From NCBI GenBank assembly GCA_041660025.1, contig JBAZXD010000001.1, positions 158,499 to 222,498 of the forward strand: a stretch of 64,000 nucleotides of DNA, written 5' to 3'. The notes beneath the pieces are model-generated. The model saw nothing but the letters and a program-made list of their open reading frames with translations. It was not told the origin of the DNA and ran no database searches. This DNA comes from Minisyncoccota bacterium (GTDB taxonomy: Bacteria; Patescibacteriota; Minisyncoccia; Phycocordibacterales; Phycocordibacteraceae). Position 1 is the stretch's first letter; each line of letters starts with the position of its first letter. Positions 9,148 through 19,067 of this stretch are shown here, in pieces. Position numbers and translations under genes: made by a program.

Positions 9148-9711
9148 ATGTCTACTACAACCACCATTGTGCTTATCGTCGTCGCGATCGTCGTGCTTTG
9201 GGCGATATTCGCCTATAACCGGCTTATTACACTCGTGAATCAGGCGAAGGAGGCCTGGGCCGATATCGCGGTACAGCTCAAGCGTCGCTACGACCTCATC
9301 CCGAATCTCGTCGAAACCGTGAAGGGCTACGCCGCGCACGAATCGAGCGCCTTCGAGAACGTGACCCGGGCGCGCACCGCCGCGATGGGCGCGTCAGCTC
9401 CCGCCGATAAGGCGCAGGCGGAGAATCAGCTTACGGGCGCACTCAAGACCCTCTTTGCCGTCTCCGAAGCATATCCAGACCTGAAGGCAAATCAGAACTT
9501 CCTCCAGCTCCAGAGGGAGCTCGGCGATACCGAAGACAAGATCCAGGCCGCCCGTCGTTTCTACAACACGACCGTGATGACGCTCAACACGGCGGAACAA
9601 TCGTTCCCCGGGAACCTCATCGCGAATTCATTCGGCTTCTCTCCGATGGACCTCTTCGAGCTCGCCGCTGCCGATGCAGCCGCGGCCGAACCGGTGAAAG
9701 TGCGATTCTAA
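9148..9711 (+). CDS. lemA: LemA family protein
   Basis: The protein has an N-terminal TM segment and a LemA-type body (NRLITLVNQAKEAWADIAVQLKRRYDLIPNLVETVKGYA...QAARRFYN). Confidence 0.8.
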   Translation: MSTTTTIVLIVVAIVVLWAIFAYNRLITLVNQAKEAWADIAVQLKRRYDLIPNLVETVKGYAAHESSAFENVTRARTAAMGASAPADKAQAENQLTGALKTLFAVSEAYPDLKANQNFLQLQRELGDTEDKIQAARRFYNTTVMTLNTAEQSFPGNLIANSFGFSPMDLFELAAADAAAAEPVKVRF

Positions 9712-9718
9712 CGCTCGT

Positions 9719-10345
9719 ATGGAATCTGCGAGGTCAGAACGGGTTCCGAATGTATCGTCGGGGGGTGGAAAAGAGCTCTCGGTGGAAGAGATTCAAGACG
9801 CGCAGATCGGACTGCTCGAGTGGGAACTCGAGGAGCGGGATACCCAGCACGGCATAGAGCCGCTCACGGGCGCGCGAAGGCGCGAGGTTCTCGTGCGCGC
9901 GCTCGATCAATCGCTGAAAAGGATTCACGGAGAGGGGGAACATCGCGGGGAAGGTATTTCGCTGATTTTTATCGATCTCGACCGGTTCAAACAGGTAAAT
10001 GATACGCACGGGCACCTGACGGGTGATAAAGTGTTGCAGAAAATCGCCGGACTCTTGCAGGGTGCGATCCGCGGAACCGATATGTTGGCGCGGTACGGTG
10101 GCGACGAGTTCGCGGTATTCTTGCCAAATACGAACGAAGAACATGCCCTACGCATCGCGGAGAAGCTCCGAGCGGCGCTTGCGGACGATCCTGAGCTCAA
10201 GGATCTCGGGATTACCGGGAGCTTCGGAGTTTGTTCGTCGGACGTATCTACCGCAACTGATTCAAAAACTTTCATCAAGCAGGCCGATGAAGCGACGTAT
10301 CTCTCGAAGCGCGCCGGCGGAAATAAGGTCGAGGCATACAAATAA
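9719..10345 (+). CDS. GGDEF-domain protein (putative diguanylate cyclase)
   Basis: The motif RYGGDEFAVFLP is intact. Typical GGDEF-domain flanks are present (IFIDLDRFKQVND ... HALRIAEKLR). Confidence 0.8.
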   Translation: MESARSERVPNVSSGGGKELSVEEIQDAQIGLLEWELEERDTQHGIEPLTGARRREVLVRALDQSLKRIHGEGEHRGEGISLIFIDLDRFKQVNDTHGHLTGDKVLQKIAGLLQGAIRGTDMLARYGGDEFAVFLPNTNEEHALRIAEKLRAALADDPELKDLGITGSFGVCSSDVSTATDSKTFIKQADEATYLSKRAGGNKVEAYK

Positions 10346-10351
10346 CGACAC

Positions 10352-11266
10352 ATGAATCTCTATGAACAACGGTCGAGCAATATCCGCCGGACCTGGACGC
10401 TCATTCTCGGCTTTCTCATCGTCGTTATCGCGGTCGGGTACGCGATAGCCTGGTACTACGGCAATCCGTCCATACTCTATATTGCGGTCGTCATCGCCGT
10501 CGGAACGAACTTTTACGCCTACTGGGCCTCGGATACGCTCGTGCTCTCGCTCAATCGCGCTCGACCGGCGACTCGGGAAGAATTTTTTGATTTCTATACC
10601 GTCACCGAGAATCTCGCCATCGCGGCGGGACTGCCGAAGCCGAAGCTTTACGTCATCGACGACCCGGCACCGAACGCATTTGCGACCGGCCGCGACGAAC
10701 ATCACGCCGTCGTTTGCGCGACGACCGGGCTCCTCGGGGTGATGACGCGACCGGAGCTTGAGGGCGTCATCGGGCACGAGCTCTCGCATATTAAGAATCG
10801 CGATATGCTCCTGATGACCGTAGCAGTGGTGCTCGCGGGCTTCGTCGCTATTGTGGCGGACATCTTCTTGCGCATATCTCTCCACGGTGGCGCTCGCGGC
10901 GGCGACAACAAGAACGCGAACGCGCTCCTGATGGTCCTCGCTGTCGTCGGCATCGTGCTCGCGCCGGTCGCCGCGAAGCTCATCCAGCTCGCCGTCTCGC
11001 GCCGGCGCGAATTCTTGGCCGATGCTTCCGGCGCGCTCCTTACCCGGTATCCAGAAGGTCTCGCCTCCGCACTCGGGAAGATTGGTAGTTATGTCTCACC
11101 GATGAAAAGTGCGAATACTGCGACCGCCCACCTCTTTATCGGCGACCCGTTCGGAATGAAAGCCGACGGCAAACGGTCGGTGAGCAGCTGGATCGGCGGA
11201 CTGTTCTCGACGCATCCGCCCATTCCCGACCGCATCCAGGCACTCCTCAATCAACAAGCGCAATAA
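10352..11266 (+). CDS. htpX: Zinc metalloprotease HtpX (M48 family)
   Basis: It carries the HEXXH motif (HELSHIKNRD), has an N-terminal pair of TM helices, and matches the M48 family in length and architecture. Confidence 0.85.
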   Translation: MNLYEQRSSNIRRTWTLILGFLIVVIAVGYAIAWYYGNPSILYIAVVIAVGTNFYAYWASDTLVLSLNRARPATREEFFDFYTVTENLAIAAGLPKPKLYVIDDPAPNAFATGRDEHHAVVCATTGLLGVMTRPELEGVIGHELSHIKNRDMLLMTVAVVLAGFVAIVADIFLRISLHGGARGGDNKNANALLMVLAVVGIVLAPVAAKLIQLAVSRRREFLADASGALLTRYPEGLASALGKIGSYVSPMKSANTATAHLFIGDPFGMKADGKRSVSSWIGGLFSTHPPIPDRIQALLNQQAQ

Positions 11267-11294
11267 AACTTTTTCTGCTATAACAGTTCGATAC

Positions 11295-11379
11295 GGAGGC
11301 GTCGCATAGTGGTCTAGTGCGCACGCTTGGAAAGCGTGTGAGGGGCAACCCTCCGAGAGTTCGAATCTCTCCGCCTCCG
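11295..11379 (+). tRNA. tRNA-Ser (anticodon GGA)
   Basis: The cloverleaf has a long variable arm, anticodon loop UUGGAAA, and T-loop GTTCGAATC. No CCA is encoded. Confidence 0.85.
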
Positions 11380-11404
11380 CATCAAAACACGCTAGAATGT
11401 CTGC

Positions 11405-11872
11405 ATGCGTCAGCATTTTCATATTGGACTTCTTGTGCTCACGGTAGCGGCCCTGGTAACTCTGTTTTTCTATCGGACACCGTCGGCGGTGCAGAGGGCG
11501 AATACAGGTGAGTTCGGCGGGGTGTCCTTGAGAATCGAGTATGCGACAACGAGCGCCGCTCGGGAGAGAGGGCTTGCGGGGCGGACGAGTATCCCGGGCG
11601 ACTACGGGATGCTCTTCGTGTTCCCAGAAGACGGCCGATATGGCTTCTGGATGAAGGATATGCTCGTACCAGTTGATATGTTCTGGCTGGATGCTCAAGG
11701 ACAGGTCGTCTTTATTGCGTCGGAGGTAGCGACGTCTACTTTCCCGAATGTCTTTTATCCAAATCTGCCGGCGCGATATGTCCTTGAGATCGCCTCAGGC
11801 TTCGCGAGGGAACATTCTATTGCGACCGGCACACCGCTCCTGTTGAAAAATCTTAAAGGCGTTTCAGAGTAA
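11405..11872 (+). CDS. DUF192-family secreted protein
   Basis: It has an N-terminal signal/TM segment and DUF192-like motifs (YGMLFVFPE ... FWMKDMLVPVDMFWLD). Confidence 0.65.
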   Translation: MRQHFHIGLLVLTVAALVTLFFYRTPSAVQRANTGEFGGVSLRIEYATTSAARERGLAGRTSIPGDYGMLFVFPEDGRYGFWMKDMLVPVDMFWLDAQGQVVFIASEVATSTFPNVFYPNLPARYVLEIASGFAREHSIATGTPLLLKNLKGVSE

Positions 11873-11960
11873 CGCTGTCCACATAGCGTTTCGTACAGGC
11901 AGGAGTAAACTAATCCTAATGAAGCGATTTATTAGCACCGTGCAGTAACCGGCCCTGTTC

Positions 11961-14351
11961 ATGTCCAAAACCGCAAAAGTTTCCGTGCGCGCAAAAACCG
12001 AAACAGCCGTTGCTTCCGTCGTTCCGGACTCTCCGATCTCGAAAGAAACGCGCCGCTATCGCGAAATGATCCCGCAGATCGAAAAGCGCGACGGACGACT
12101 CGTTGCATTCGACTTCGATAAGATCGCCGCCGCGATCTGGAAGGCGATGGCCGCTGCGGAGGAGGGCGGACAGGACGATGCGAGTCTCGTCGCGCACCAG
12201 GTGGCGGGCGAGCTCGGGCGATTTGCGAAGAAATACAAAAATTTCCTCCCGACGGTCGAGGGAATCCAAGATTCGGTAGAGAAATATCTCATCCTGAACG
12301 ATTATGTGAAGACGGCGAAGACGTACATTCTCTATCGCGACAAGCGCGCACAGCTCCGTGCGACACACGTCGAAATTCCGGAGCATGTGAAGAAGCTCGC
12401 CGAGGAGAGTAAGAAATATTTTGAGGGGAATGCGCTCGGCGAGTTCGTCTATCTACGCACGTACGCGAAGTGGATACCGGAAGAAGGACGACGCGAGACC
12501 TGGGTAGAGACCGTCGACCGCTATATCAGTTTTATGCGTGAGAACCTCGGTAACAAACTCACTGAAAAAGAATATGCTGAAGTGCGCCTCGGAATTCTCA
12601 AACAGGAAGTGATGCCTTCGATGCGTCTGATGCAGTTCTCGGGCGAGGCGGCGCGCCGCTGTAACACCTGCGGCTATAATTGCACCTTCACCGCGCCGGT
12701 GAAGCTCGAAGACTTCGCCGAAATCATGTATCTCTCGATGCAGGGATGCGGCGTCGGCTTCGCGGTAGAGAGCCAGAACATCGAACAGCTCCCGCAGATT
12801 ATGAAGCAGACGGGAGTGAAGTTGCCGGCGCATGTCATTGCCGACTCGAAGGAAGGCTGGTGCGATGCGCTCACGCTCGGGCTCACAACCTGGTATGCGG
12901 GCAAGGATATTGCATTCGACTTCTCTCATATCCGCCCGGCGGGTGCGCGATTGAAGACGATGGGCGGAAAAGCGAGCGGCCCCGAGCCGCTTCAAAATCT
13001 CCTCGCGTTCGCCCGCGAGCGCGTGCTGAAGCGCCAAGGACGACGTCTGCGCCCTATCGACGCGCACGACGTCATCTGCAAGATAGGCGAGTGCGTGGTT
13101 GCCGGCGGCGTGCGCCGCACCGCGATGATCTCGCTCTCCGACCTCGACGACGTCGAGATGCGCGACGCCAAGAAAGGTCAATTCTATATGACCGACCCGC
13201 ACCGCTCGATAGCGAACAACTCCGCGGTCTACGAGGTACAGCCGACCAATGCCGAGCTGATGGACGAATGGGTCGCGCTGATGAAGAGCGGGAGCGGCGA
13301 GCGAGGTATCTTCAACCGCGGGTCGCTCGCGGTCACGATGCCCAAGCGCCGCATCGACTATTTCAAGAGCACTGGCTTCATCGGCGAGGACGGCGTTGTG
13401 CGCGGCTCTATCGGTACGAACCCGTGCGCCGAGATCATCCTCCAGTCGAAGCAATTCTGTAATCTCTCCGAGGTCATCGCGCGCGCGCACGACACCGAAG
13501 CGTCGCTTCTGCGGAAGGCACGTCTCGCGGCGATCCTCGGCACCTATCAATCGACACTGACGAAGTTCGGCTACATCTCGAAGGAGTGGACCGACCACTG
13601 CACGACGGAGCGGCTCCTCGGCGTCTCGATCACCGGACAATGGGATTCGCCGGTCGCGCGACAGGCGGAGGTGATGCGCAAGGTCCGCGACGTGGCGGTG
13701 AGGACGAACGCCACGTATGCGAAACGCTTCGGCGTCGAACGGTCGATGTCGGTAACGGCGGTAAAACCTTCCGGCACCGTCTCGCAGACCTTCAACTGCG
13801 CCTCGGGTATTCATCCGCGCCATGCGCCATACTACATCCGCCGCGTGCGCATCAGCGCGACCGACTCGCTCTTTAAGCTGATGCGCGACCAGGGCGTGCC
13901 GTATTATCCGGAAGTGGGGCAGTCGATGGAGGAGGCGAACACCTATGTATTCGAATTCCCGGTCAAAGCGCCCGACCACTCCAAGGAAGCGCGATTTAAG
14001 GACAATCTCTCAGCGCTCGAACAGCTCGAATACTGGAAGCGGGTGAAGCTCAACTTCACCGAGCATAACCCTTCGGCGACCGTCTCGGTCAGCGAGGATG
14101 AGTGGATCGGCGTCGTCGACTGGATCCAGAAGAACTGGAATATTATCGGCGGACTCTCCTTCCTCCCGCGTTCAAACCACGTCTACCGCCTCGCGCCCTA
14201 TGAGACGATCACGAAAGAGGAGTACGAGGCGCGTATGGAGCGCTTCCCGAAGGTGGACTATACGAAGCTTATCGCGTACGAACGCCAGGATGAGTCGGAT
14301 ATGAAAAAGGAGCTCGCCTGCGCCGGCGGCACTTGCGAGATCGAGATGTAA
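11961..14351 (+). CDS. nrdJ: Ribonucleotide reductase class II (adenosylcobalamin-dependent), with an N-terminal ATP-cone
   Basis: The protein has an ATP-cone-like N-terminus and the active-site region GTNPCAEIIL. At ~800 aa it matches monomeric class II RNRs. Confidence 0.8.
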   Translation: MSKTAKVSVRAKTETAVASVVPDSPISKETRRYREMIPQIEKRDGRLVAFDFDKIAAAIWKAMAAAEEGGQDDASLVAHQVAGELGRFAKKYKNFLPTVEGIQDSVEKYLILNDYVKTAKTYILYRDKRAQLRATHVEIPEHVKKLAEESKKYFEGNALGEFVYLRTYAKWIPEEGRRETWVETVDRYISFMRENLGNKLTEKEYAEVRLGILKQEVMPSMRLMQFSGEAARRCNTCGYNCTFTAPVKLEDFAEIMYLSMQGCGVGFAVESQNIEQLPQIMKQTGVKLPAHVIADSKEGWCDALTLGLTTWYAGKDIAFDFSHIRPAGARLKTMGGKASGPEPLQNLLAFARERVLKRQGRRLRPIDAHDVICKIGECVVAGGVRRTAMISLSDLDDVEMRDAKKGQFYMTDPHRSIANNSAVYEVQPTNAELMDEWVALMKSGSGERGIFNRGSLAVTMPKRRIDYFKSTGFIGEDGVVRGSIGTNPCAEIILQSKQFCNLSEVIARAHDTEASLLRKARLAAILGTYQSTLTKFGYISKEWTDHCTTERLLGVSITGQWDSPVARQAEVMRKVRDVAVRTNATYAKRFGVERSMSVTAVKPSGTVSQTFNCASGIHPRHAPYYIRRVRISATDSLFKLMRDQGVPYYPEVGQSMEEANTYVFEFPVKAPDHSKEARFKDNLSALEQLEYWKRVKLNFTEHNPSATVSVSEDEWIGVVDWIQKNWNIIGGLSFLPRSNHVYRLAPYETITKEEYEARMERFPKVDYTKLIAYERQDESDMKKELACAGGTCEIEM

Positions 14352-14377
14352 AGGCTCCACGCGACTCAATATAAGAT

Positions 14378-14412
14378 AAGCGAACACCCGCGCAGGAGCG
14401 CGGGTGTTCGCA
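14378..14412. terminator. Bidirectional rho-independent terminator shared by convergent nrdJ and rnpB
   Basis: The hairpin gcgaacacccgcgc-agga-gcgcgggtgttcgc is followed by ATTTTGT on the plus strand. There is an A/T run on the other side. Confidence 0.6.
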
Positions 14413-14416
14413 TTTT

Positions 14417-14750
14417 GTAGACCGGGCCGATAAGCCGAATTCTGTCGTGGATGATCATTTATCTGGGCCTGTCATTACTGACAAGCTCGAGCGGCACTTC
14501 CCTCGATTTCTCTCGGGACACGGCCTTGCATGCGGGTAAGGATTTATTCGTTGCACCCTCGTCTTTCGACGAGATTCTCCCCGAAGGGAGCCTCCGACTT
14601 TCGTCTTCGGCGTCACTGTGGTCACCTCTATCCTCGCGGACGACGGGCGTTACCCGCTACCTATTTTCCCACCCGAGGGCAGGGAAGCATGTTCGGACTT
14701 TCCTCCCGCCACACGAAAAGTGTGGCGAGCGATCGTCTAGCCTGGTCTCC
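14417..14750 (-). ncRNA. rnpB: RNase P RNA (bacterial type)
   Basis: The minus-strand RNA contains the hallmark GGGAGGAAAGUCCGAAC (P4 5' strand) and ACAGUGACGCCG. Its 3' end (AGAUAAAUGAUCAUCCACGACAGAAUUCGGCUUAUCGGCC) closely parallels the E. coli M1 RNA 3' end. An extended -10 (TGgTATAAT) sits immediately upstream on the minus strand. Confidence 0.8.
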
Positions 14751-14854
14751 GTATATTATACCACACTATAATATTGGGGACGACCCCCTCGACAGGGGTG
14801 CCTGCAAGGTATACTGGTCAGTATTATCATCGAATAATATCAATAGAATCCACC

Positions 14855-17227
14855 ATGCCTCCGTATCAATCATCCCCCACTCCACGTCGCCATTCGCTTG
14901 AGACGGTGAGTGTGGGGGCGCTCCTCGTTACCCTCGTCGCCGCGGTATTTATTTTCATTCCGTCTGTCTCAATTCCGTTTGCAACGACGAAGACGTTCGT
15001 GCTCGCCGCCGGTGCGCTCATCACGCTCGCGCTCTATATCCTCGCCCGTCTCTCGCGCGGGAATGTCATTCTTCCTCCGTTTATGCTCGTCGGCGCGCTC
15101 TGGCTACCGGTCATCGCGTACGCGCTCTCGACGGCGTTTTCAGGCACGCCGCTCTCGAGCGCGCTCTGGGGGTCGGCACTCGAGCCGGATACGCTCGGCG
15201 TTATGCTCGTCGCGGCAGTGCTCGGCACGATGGCGGCACTCGTGTTGCGACGCTCTGAACACTACCGCTCTTTCCTTAGTACCGCGGCATGGTCGTTCAT
15301 CGTGCTGGTCGTCCTGCAGGCGCTGGTGGTCATCGTCGGGCAATTCGCTCCGGGCACGGTCTCGCCCGCATTCTCGATTGTCGGCTCTCAGAGCGACCTC
15401 GCCACGCTGCTCGGCCTCGGCGTTATCGCCATCCTCATCGCGCTTCGGGAATTGGAACTGACGGAGCGCACGCGTCGCGCGCTTGTCATGAGTGGCGTCG
15501 GCGCAGTCGTCCTGCTCGCGATCGCTAATGTTTCGCTCGTCTGGATACTGCTCGCGCTCGTCTCACTCGGCCTCTTCGTCGAGTCGGTAATGCAACGCAG
15601 TGCGAAGGCGGGCGACACGGACCTTGATGATGTGGCGGTAATCGACGAAGCATCATTCGCAACGGATGAGGGTAACCGTTCGATCGTCCTGCCGCTCGCT
15701 CTTCTCGCCGTCTCGCTATTCTTCCTCATCGGCGGAACACTCGGAAACGCACTCGCAAACGCACTCCAGGTACAAGAAACGAACGTGCGTCCCTCCTGGC
15801 AAGCGACCTTCTCAGTCGGAAGCGAGGTTCTCTCCTCCGCTCCGGTGTTCGGCTCGGGTCCCGGCACGTTCGGCGCGGAGTGGCTCAAGCACCGCGACGC
15901 CTCCCTCAATTCGACCGTCTTCTGGAATATCGACTTCTCCTCGGGTATCGGATTCATCCCGACCTCGGTGGTAACAACTGGTCTCGTCGGAGCTTTGGCG
16001 TGGATCGTGTTTCTCGTCCTCCTTATTATGTTCGGTCTTCGTATGCTTATCCTGCGGGCGCCCCAAGACGCGTTCGTCCGATATGTCGCGATAGTCTCGT
16101 TCCTCGCCTCCCTCTACCTCTTCACTGTCGCGATCTTCGACCTGCCGAATACGGTCGTACTCGTCCTCGCGTTCGTCTTCGCCGGCCTCTTCGTCTCGAC
16201 GACGCGTTTCGGGGTGCGGGGGGGACAGTGGGGAGTCGTTTTCTCTCGGAGCCCGCGGCTCGGCTTCGTTATCGTGTTCTCGCTCACCATCATCCTGCTC
16301 GGGTCGGTGGTCGCCGCCTACGCTCTTGTGGGGCGCTATATCGCCGTAGCGGAACTCACCACGGCCCAGGTCGCATTCTCTTCCGGAGACCTCGATGCGG
16401 CCGACCGCGCCGTGCAGAATTCGATCTCTTTCGCTCCCTCCGCGGTTGCGTATCAGATGGGGTCCAGCATCGCGCGCGAGCGTCTCAGCCAGATAGCCGC
16501 GTCCTCGACGATGCCGGCCGCTGCGGCTCAGAGCGCATTCCAGAACGCGCTCTCGACCGGCATCAATGCCGCGCTGACGGCGACGAATCTCGCACCTTCC
16601 GATTACCGAAATTGGCTCGCGCTCGGGAATCTCTACGCGCAGGCCGTGCCGCTTAGCGTGGCCGGTGCGTACGACAGCGCCAAGACCGCGTACGATAAGG
16701 CCAAGGAACTCAGCCCGACGAATCCACAAATCCTGTATATCCTCGCTCAGCTCGATATCGCGAACAAGGATATCAAATCCGCACAAGAACATCTGAAGGC
16801 CGCTATCACGCTGAAACAGGACTATACTGCCGCGATATTCCTTCTTTCACAGCTCGAAGTGCAGGATGGCAACGTGAGAGATGCGCTTACCTCGGCGCTC
16901 GCTGCGGCCTACTTCCAGCCGAATGACCCGAACATCCTGTTCCAGGTCGGCATCTTGTATGCCGCACAGAATGAGCTTGCGAACGCGGCGGCGGCGCTCT
17001 CTGCGGCGGTCACGGCGAACCCGCAATTCGCGAATGCGCGCTACTTCCTCTCCGCGGTCTACGCGAAGCGAGGCGACCTGAAGCAGGCGCTCGCGCAGAT
17101 GCAGGCCATCGCGGATATGTCGACTGACAACGCTATAGCAGTCGCCACTCAGCTCGCGGCTCTCGAAGCAGGGAAGAATCCGTTCCCCGCGAATCTCCTC
17201 TCGCTCTCCCCAACCTCGGTCCAATAA
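14855..17227 (+). CDS. O-antigen ligase (Wzy_C)-like polytopic membrane protein with C-terminal TPR repeats
   Basis: It has about 12 predicted TM segments, the periplasmic-loop motif typical of the O-antigen ligase family (PVFGSGPGTFGAEW), and a C-terminal ~300-aa repeat region rich in A/L/Y/N heptads (TPR-like). The start was taken at the Met preceding the first TM helix. Confidence 0.65.
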   Translation: MPPYQSSPTPRRHSLETVSVGALLVTLVAAVFIFIPSVSIPFATTKTFVLAAGALITLALYILARLSRGNVILPPFMLVGALWLPVIAYALSTAFSGTPLSSALWGSALEPDTLGVMLVAAVLGTMAALVLRRSEHYRSFLSTAAWSFIVLVVLQALVVIVGQFAPGTVSPAFSIVGSQSDLATLLGLGVIAILIALRELELTERTRRALVMSGVGAVVLLAIANVSLVWILLALVSLGLFVESVMQRSAKAGDTDLDDVAVIDEASFATDEGNRSIVLPLALLAVSLFFLIGGTLGNALANALQVQETNVRPSWQATFSVGSEVLSSAPVFGSGPGTFGAEWLKHRDASLNSTVFWNIDFSSGIGFIPTSVVTTGLVGALAWIVFLVLLIMFGLRMLILRAPQDAFVRYVAIVSFLASLYLFTVAIFDLPNTVVLVLAFVFAGLFVSTTRFGVRGGQWGVVFSRSPRLGFVIVFSLTIILLGSVVAAYALVGRYIAVAELTTAQVAFSSGDLDAADRAVQNSISFAPSAVAYQMGSSIARERLSQIAASSTMPAAAAQSAFQNALSTGINAALTATNLAPSDYRNWLALGNLYAQAVPLSVAGAYDSAKTAYDKAKELSPTNPQILYILAQLDIANKDIKSAQEHLKAAITLKQDYTAAIFLLSQLEVQDGNVRDALTSALAAAYFQPNDPNILFQVGILYAAQNELANAAAALSAAVTANPQFANARYFLSAVYAKRGDLKQALAQMQAIADMSTDNAIAVATQLAALEAGKNPFPANLLSLSPTSVQ

Positions 17228-17257
17228 GTCCGTAGCACCGGACACGTTCCTGACATC

Positions 17258-17368
17258 CGCTCGTTTGGTGGTAAAGCCGCAAAGCCGGGTTTGCTCCCTG
17301 CGCTCGTTCGCAAAAGAGAAATCAGAATTTTCCTTTTGACTCACTCGCTTGGTAGTAAAGCGGAAAAA
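17258..17368. repeat. Imperfect direct repeats (CTCG(T/C)TTGGT(G/A)GTAAAGC(C/G)G(C/A)AAAG, 2-3 copies) upstream of murJ
   Basis: The repeats were read directly from the sequence: gctcgtttggtggtaaagccgcaaag ... ctcgcttggtagtaaagcggaaaaag. Confidence 0.3.
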
Positions 17369-17384
17369 GAGATAGAATGAGGGA

Positions 17385-19067
17385 ATGGTTGGACGGATTT
17401 TAGAGCGCATCGCGGCACCGGTACGCGGCCTGCATCAGGCCGCGTACTTGCTCGCGGCACTCACTCTCGCCTCGCAAGGCCTCGCGCTCCTGCGCGATCG
17501 GACATTCGCACACACCTTCGGCGCGGGAGAGACGCTCGACCTCTATTACGCCGCGTTTCGCGTGCCGGACCTCGTTTTCGCACTTGTTGCCTCCTTGGTG
17601 AGTGCCTACGTACTTATCCCGCGTATCACAGGTCAGGACAGGGAATCGACCCGGCGACTGCTCTCCGAGTCGGCGACATTCCTCTTCGGTATCGGGGGAA
17701 TCATCTGTATCGTACTTGCATTCCTAATGCCGCAGTTCCTCGCATTCCTGTACCCGAGCTTCGCAGCATCTTCCTATCACGCCGAGTTCATACTGCTCGC
17801 GCGCATTCTCCTCCTGCAGCCCATCCTGCTCGGGCTCTCTGGGATACTCGCGAGCGTGACGCAGGTACATCGGCGTTTTATGCTCTTCGCGATCTCGCCG
17901 GTGCTCTACAATATCGGTATCATTCTCGGCACCATCGTTCTCTATCCGCGCTGGGGTCTTCCGGGAATTGGCGCAGGCGTCGTTCTCGGCGCGCTCGCGT
18001 ATCTCGCCGTGAATGTCCCGGTCGTGCTGGAGGCTGGCGTCGTGCCGCGCTTCGCTCTCCCCCGGCTCGCTCGTATGTTGCCGGTCGTTCGTGACTCTCT
18101 ACCGCGTTCGCTCGCACTCGGGGTCGGCTCGGTAACGGCACTCGTGCTTACCGCGCTCGCGGCGAGGATCGGTACGGGTGCGGTTTCCGTCTTTACCTTC
18201 GCGGGTAATCTTCAGGCGGTGCCGCTCGCACTTATCGGCTCCTCGTATGCGGTCGCGGCCTTCCCGGCGCTCTCCGAGGCGTCGGGGCTCGAGCGCCGTG
18301 ACGAGTTCACTCGTATCCTCTCCGCAGGAGCTCGACACATCATCCTCTGGTCGGTCGTCTCGCTCGGGCTCATCGTTGTCTTACGCGCACACCTGGTGCG
18401 CGTGATCCTCGGCACGGGCGCGTTCGACTGGGACGCGACGCGCCTTACCGCCGCCCTTCTCGCCATCCTCGCCGTTGGTCTCGTTGCACAAGGGCTTGTG
18501 CTCCTCTTCTCGCGTGCGCTCTACGCGGTACGCCAGTCCTGGCGCCCGCTTCTGTACCAACTCTCGGGAGGCTTCTTGACAGTGTTTCTCGCGGTTCTCT
18601 TTCTCCAGATGGAAACGACAGGGTTGCCGGCCGCGCTCGCCACGCTCCTGAGGGTGGGGGATGTGCACGGCACGAGCATCTTGCTCCTCGCGCTCGCGGC
18701 CACTCTTGGACAGATATTCCTTGCGCTTCTTTCGCTCGCGGCACTCCGGAGCGTCTCTCCTGGTCTCGCGCGCACGCTTCTCCGGCCGCTCCTTGACGGA
18801 CTCGTCGCAGCGCTTGCCGGCGGCGTAGCAACCTACGGCACGCTCGCGCTCCTCGGCGGCATCGCGCCTTTGACCACCCTTATGGCCGTCTTCACTGAGG
18901 GACTCATCGCCGGTATGGTCGGTCTTACCGCCTCGGCCTTCGCACTCTTTCTTATCGAGAATGAAGAATTCCGCATCGTGACGGATGCGCTCGCGAAACT
19001 TATCCGCTTGCCGGGCAGGCGTTCGGCCGTCCTCGCGCCGTCCGCTAAGGAACCAACACAACCGTGA
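17385..19067 (+). CDS. murJ: Lipid II flippase MurJ (MviN)
   Basis: It is ~560 aa with ~14 TM segments and an N-terminal region typical of the MurJ/MOP superfamily (LRDRTFAHTFGAGETLDLYYAAFRVPD). Confidence 0.85.
   Translation: MVGRILERIAAPVRGLHQAAYLLAALTLASQGLALLRDRTFAHTFGAGETLDLYYAAFRVPDLVFALVASLVSAYVLIPRITGQDRESTRRLLSESATFLFGIGGIICIVLAFLMPQFLAFLYPSFAASSYHAEFILLARILLLQPILLGLSGILASVTQVHRRFMLFAISPVLYNIGIILGTIVLYPRWGLPGIGAGVVLGALAYLAVNVPVVLEAGVVPRFALPRLARMLPVVRDSLPRSLALGVGSVTALVLTALAARIGTGAVSVFTFAGNLQAVPLALIGSSYAVAAFPALSEASGLERRDEFTRILSAGARHIILWSVVSLGLIVVLRAHLVRVILGTGAFDWDATRLTAALLAILAVGLVAQGLVLLFSRALYAVRQSWRPLLYQLSGGFLTVFLAVLFLQMETTGLPAALATLLRVGDVHGTSILLLALAATLGQIFLALLSLAALRSVSPGLARTLLRPLLDGLVAALAGGVATYGTLALLGGIAPLTTLMAVFTEGLIAGMVGLTASAFALFLIENEEFRIVTDALAKLIRLPGRRSAVLAPSAKEPTQP

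Noticed and set aside
12453-13979. 508-aa minus-strand ORF
   Set aside because: It is fully antisense to the class II ribonucleotide reductase gene, which has clear catalytic motifs. Its composition is Arg/Asp/His-rich junk.
15812-16792. 326-aa minus-strand ORF
   Set aside because: It is antisense to the O-antigen-ligase/TPR membrane protein gene and is extremely Arg/Glu/Asp-rich.
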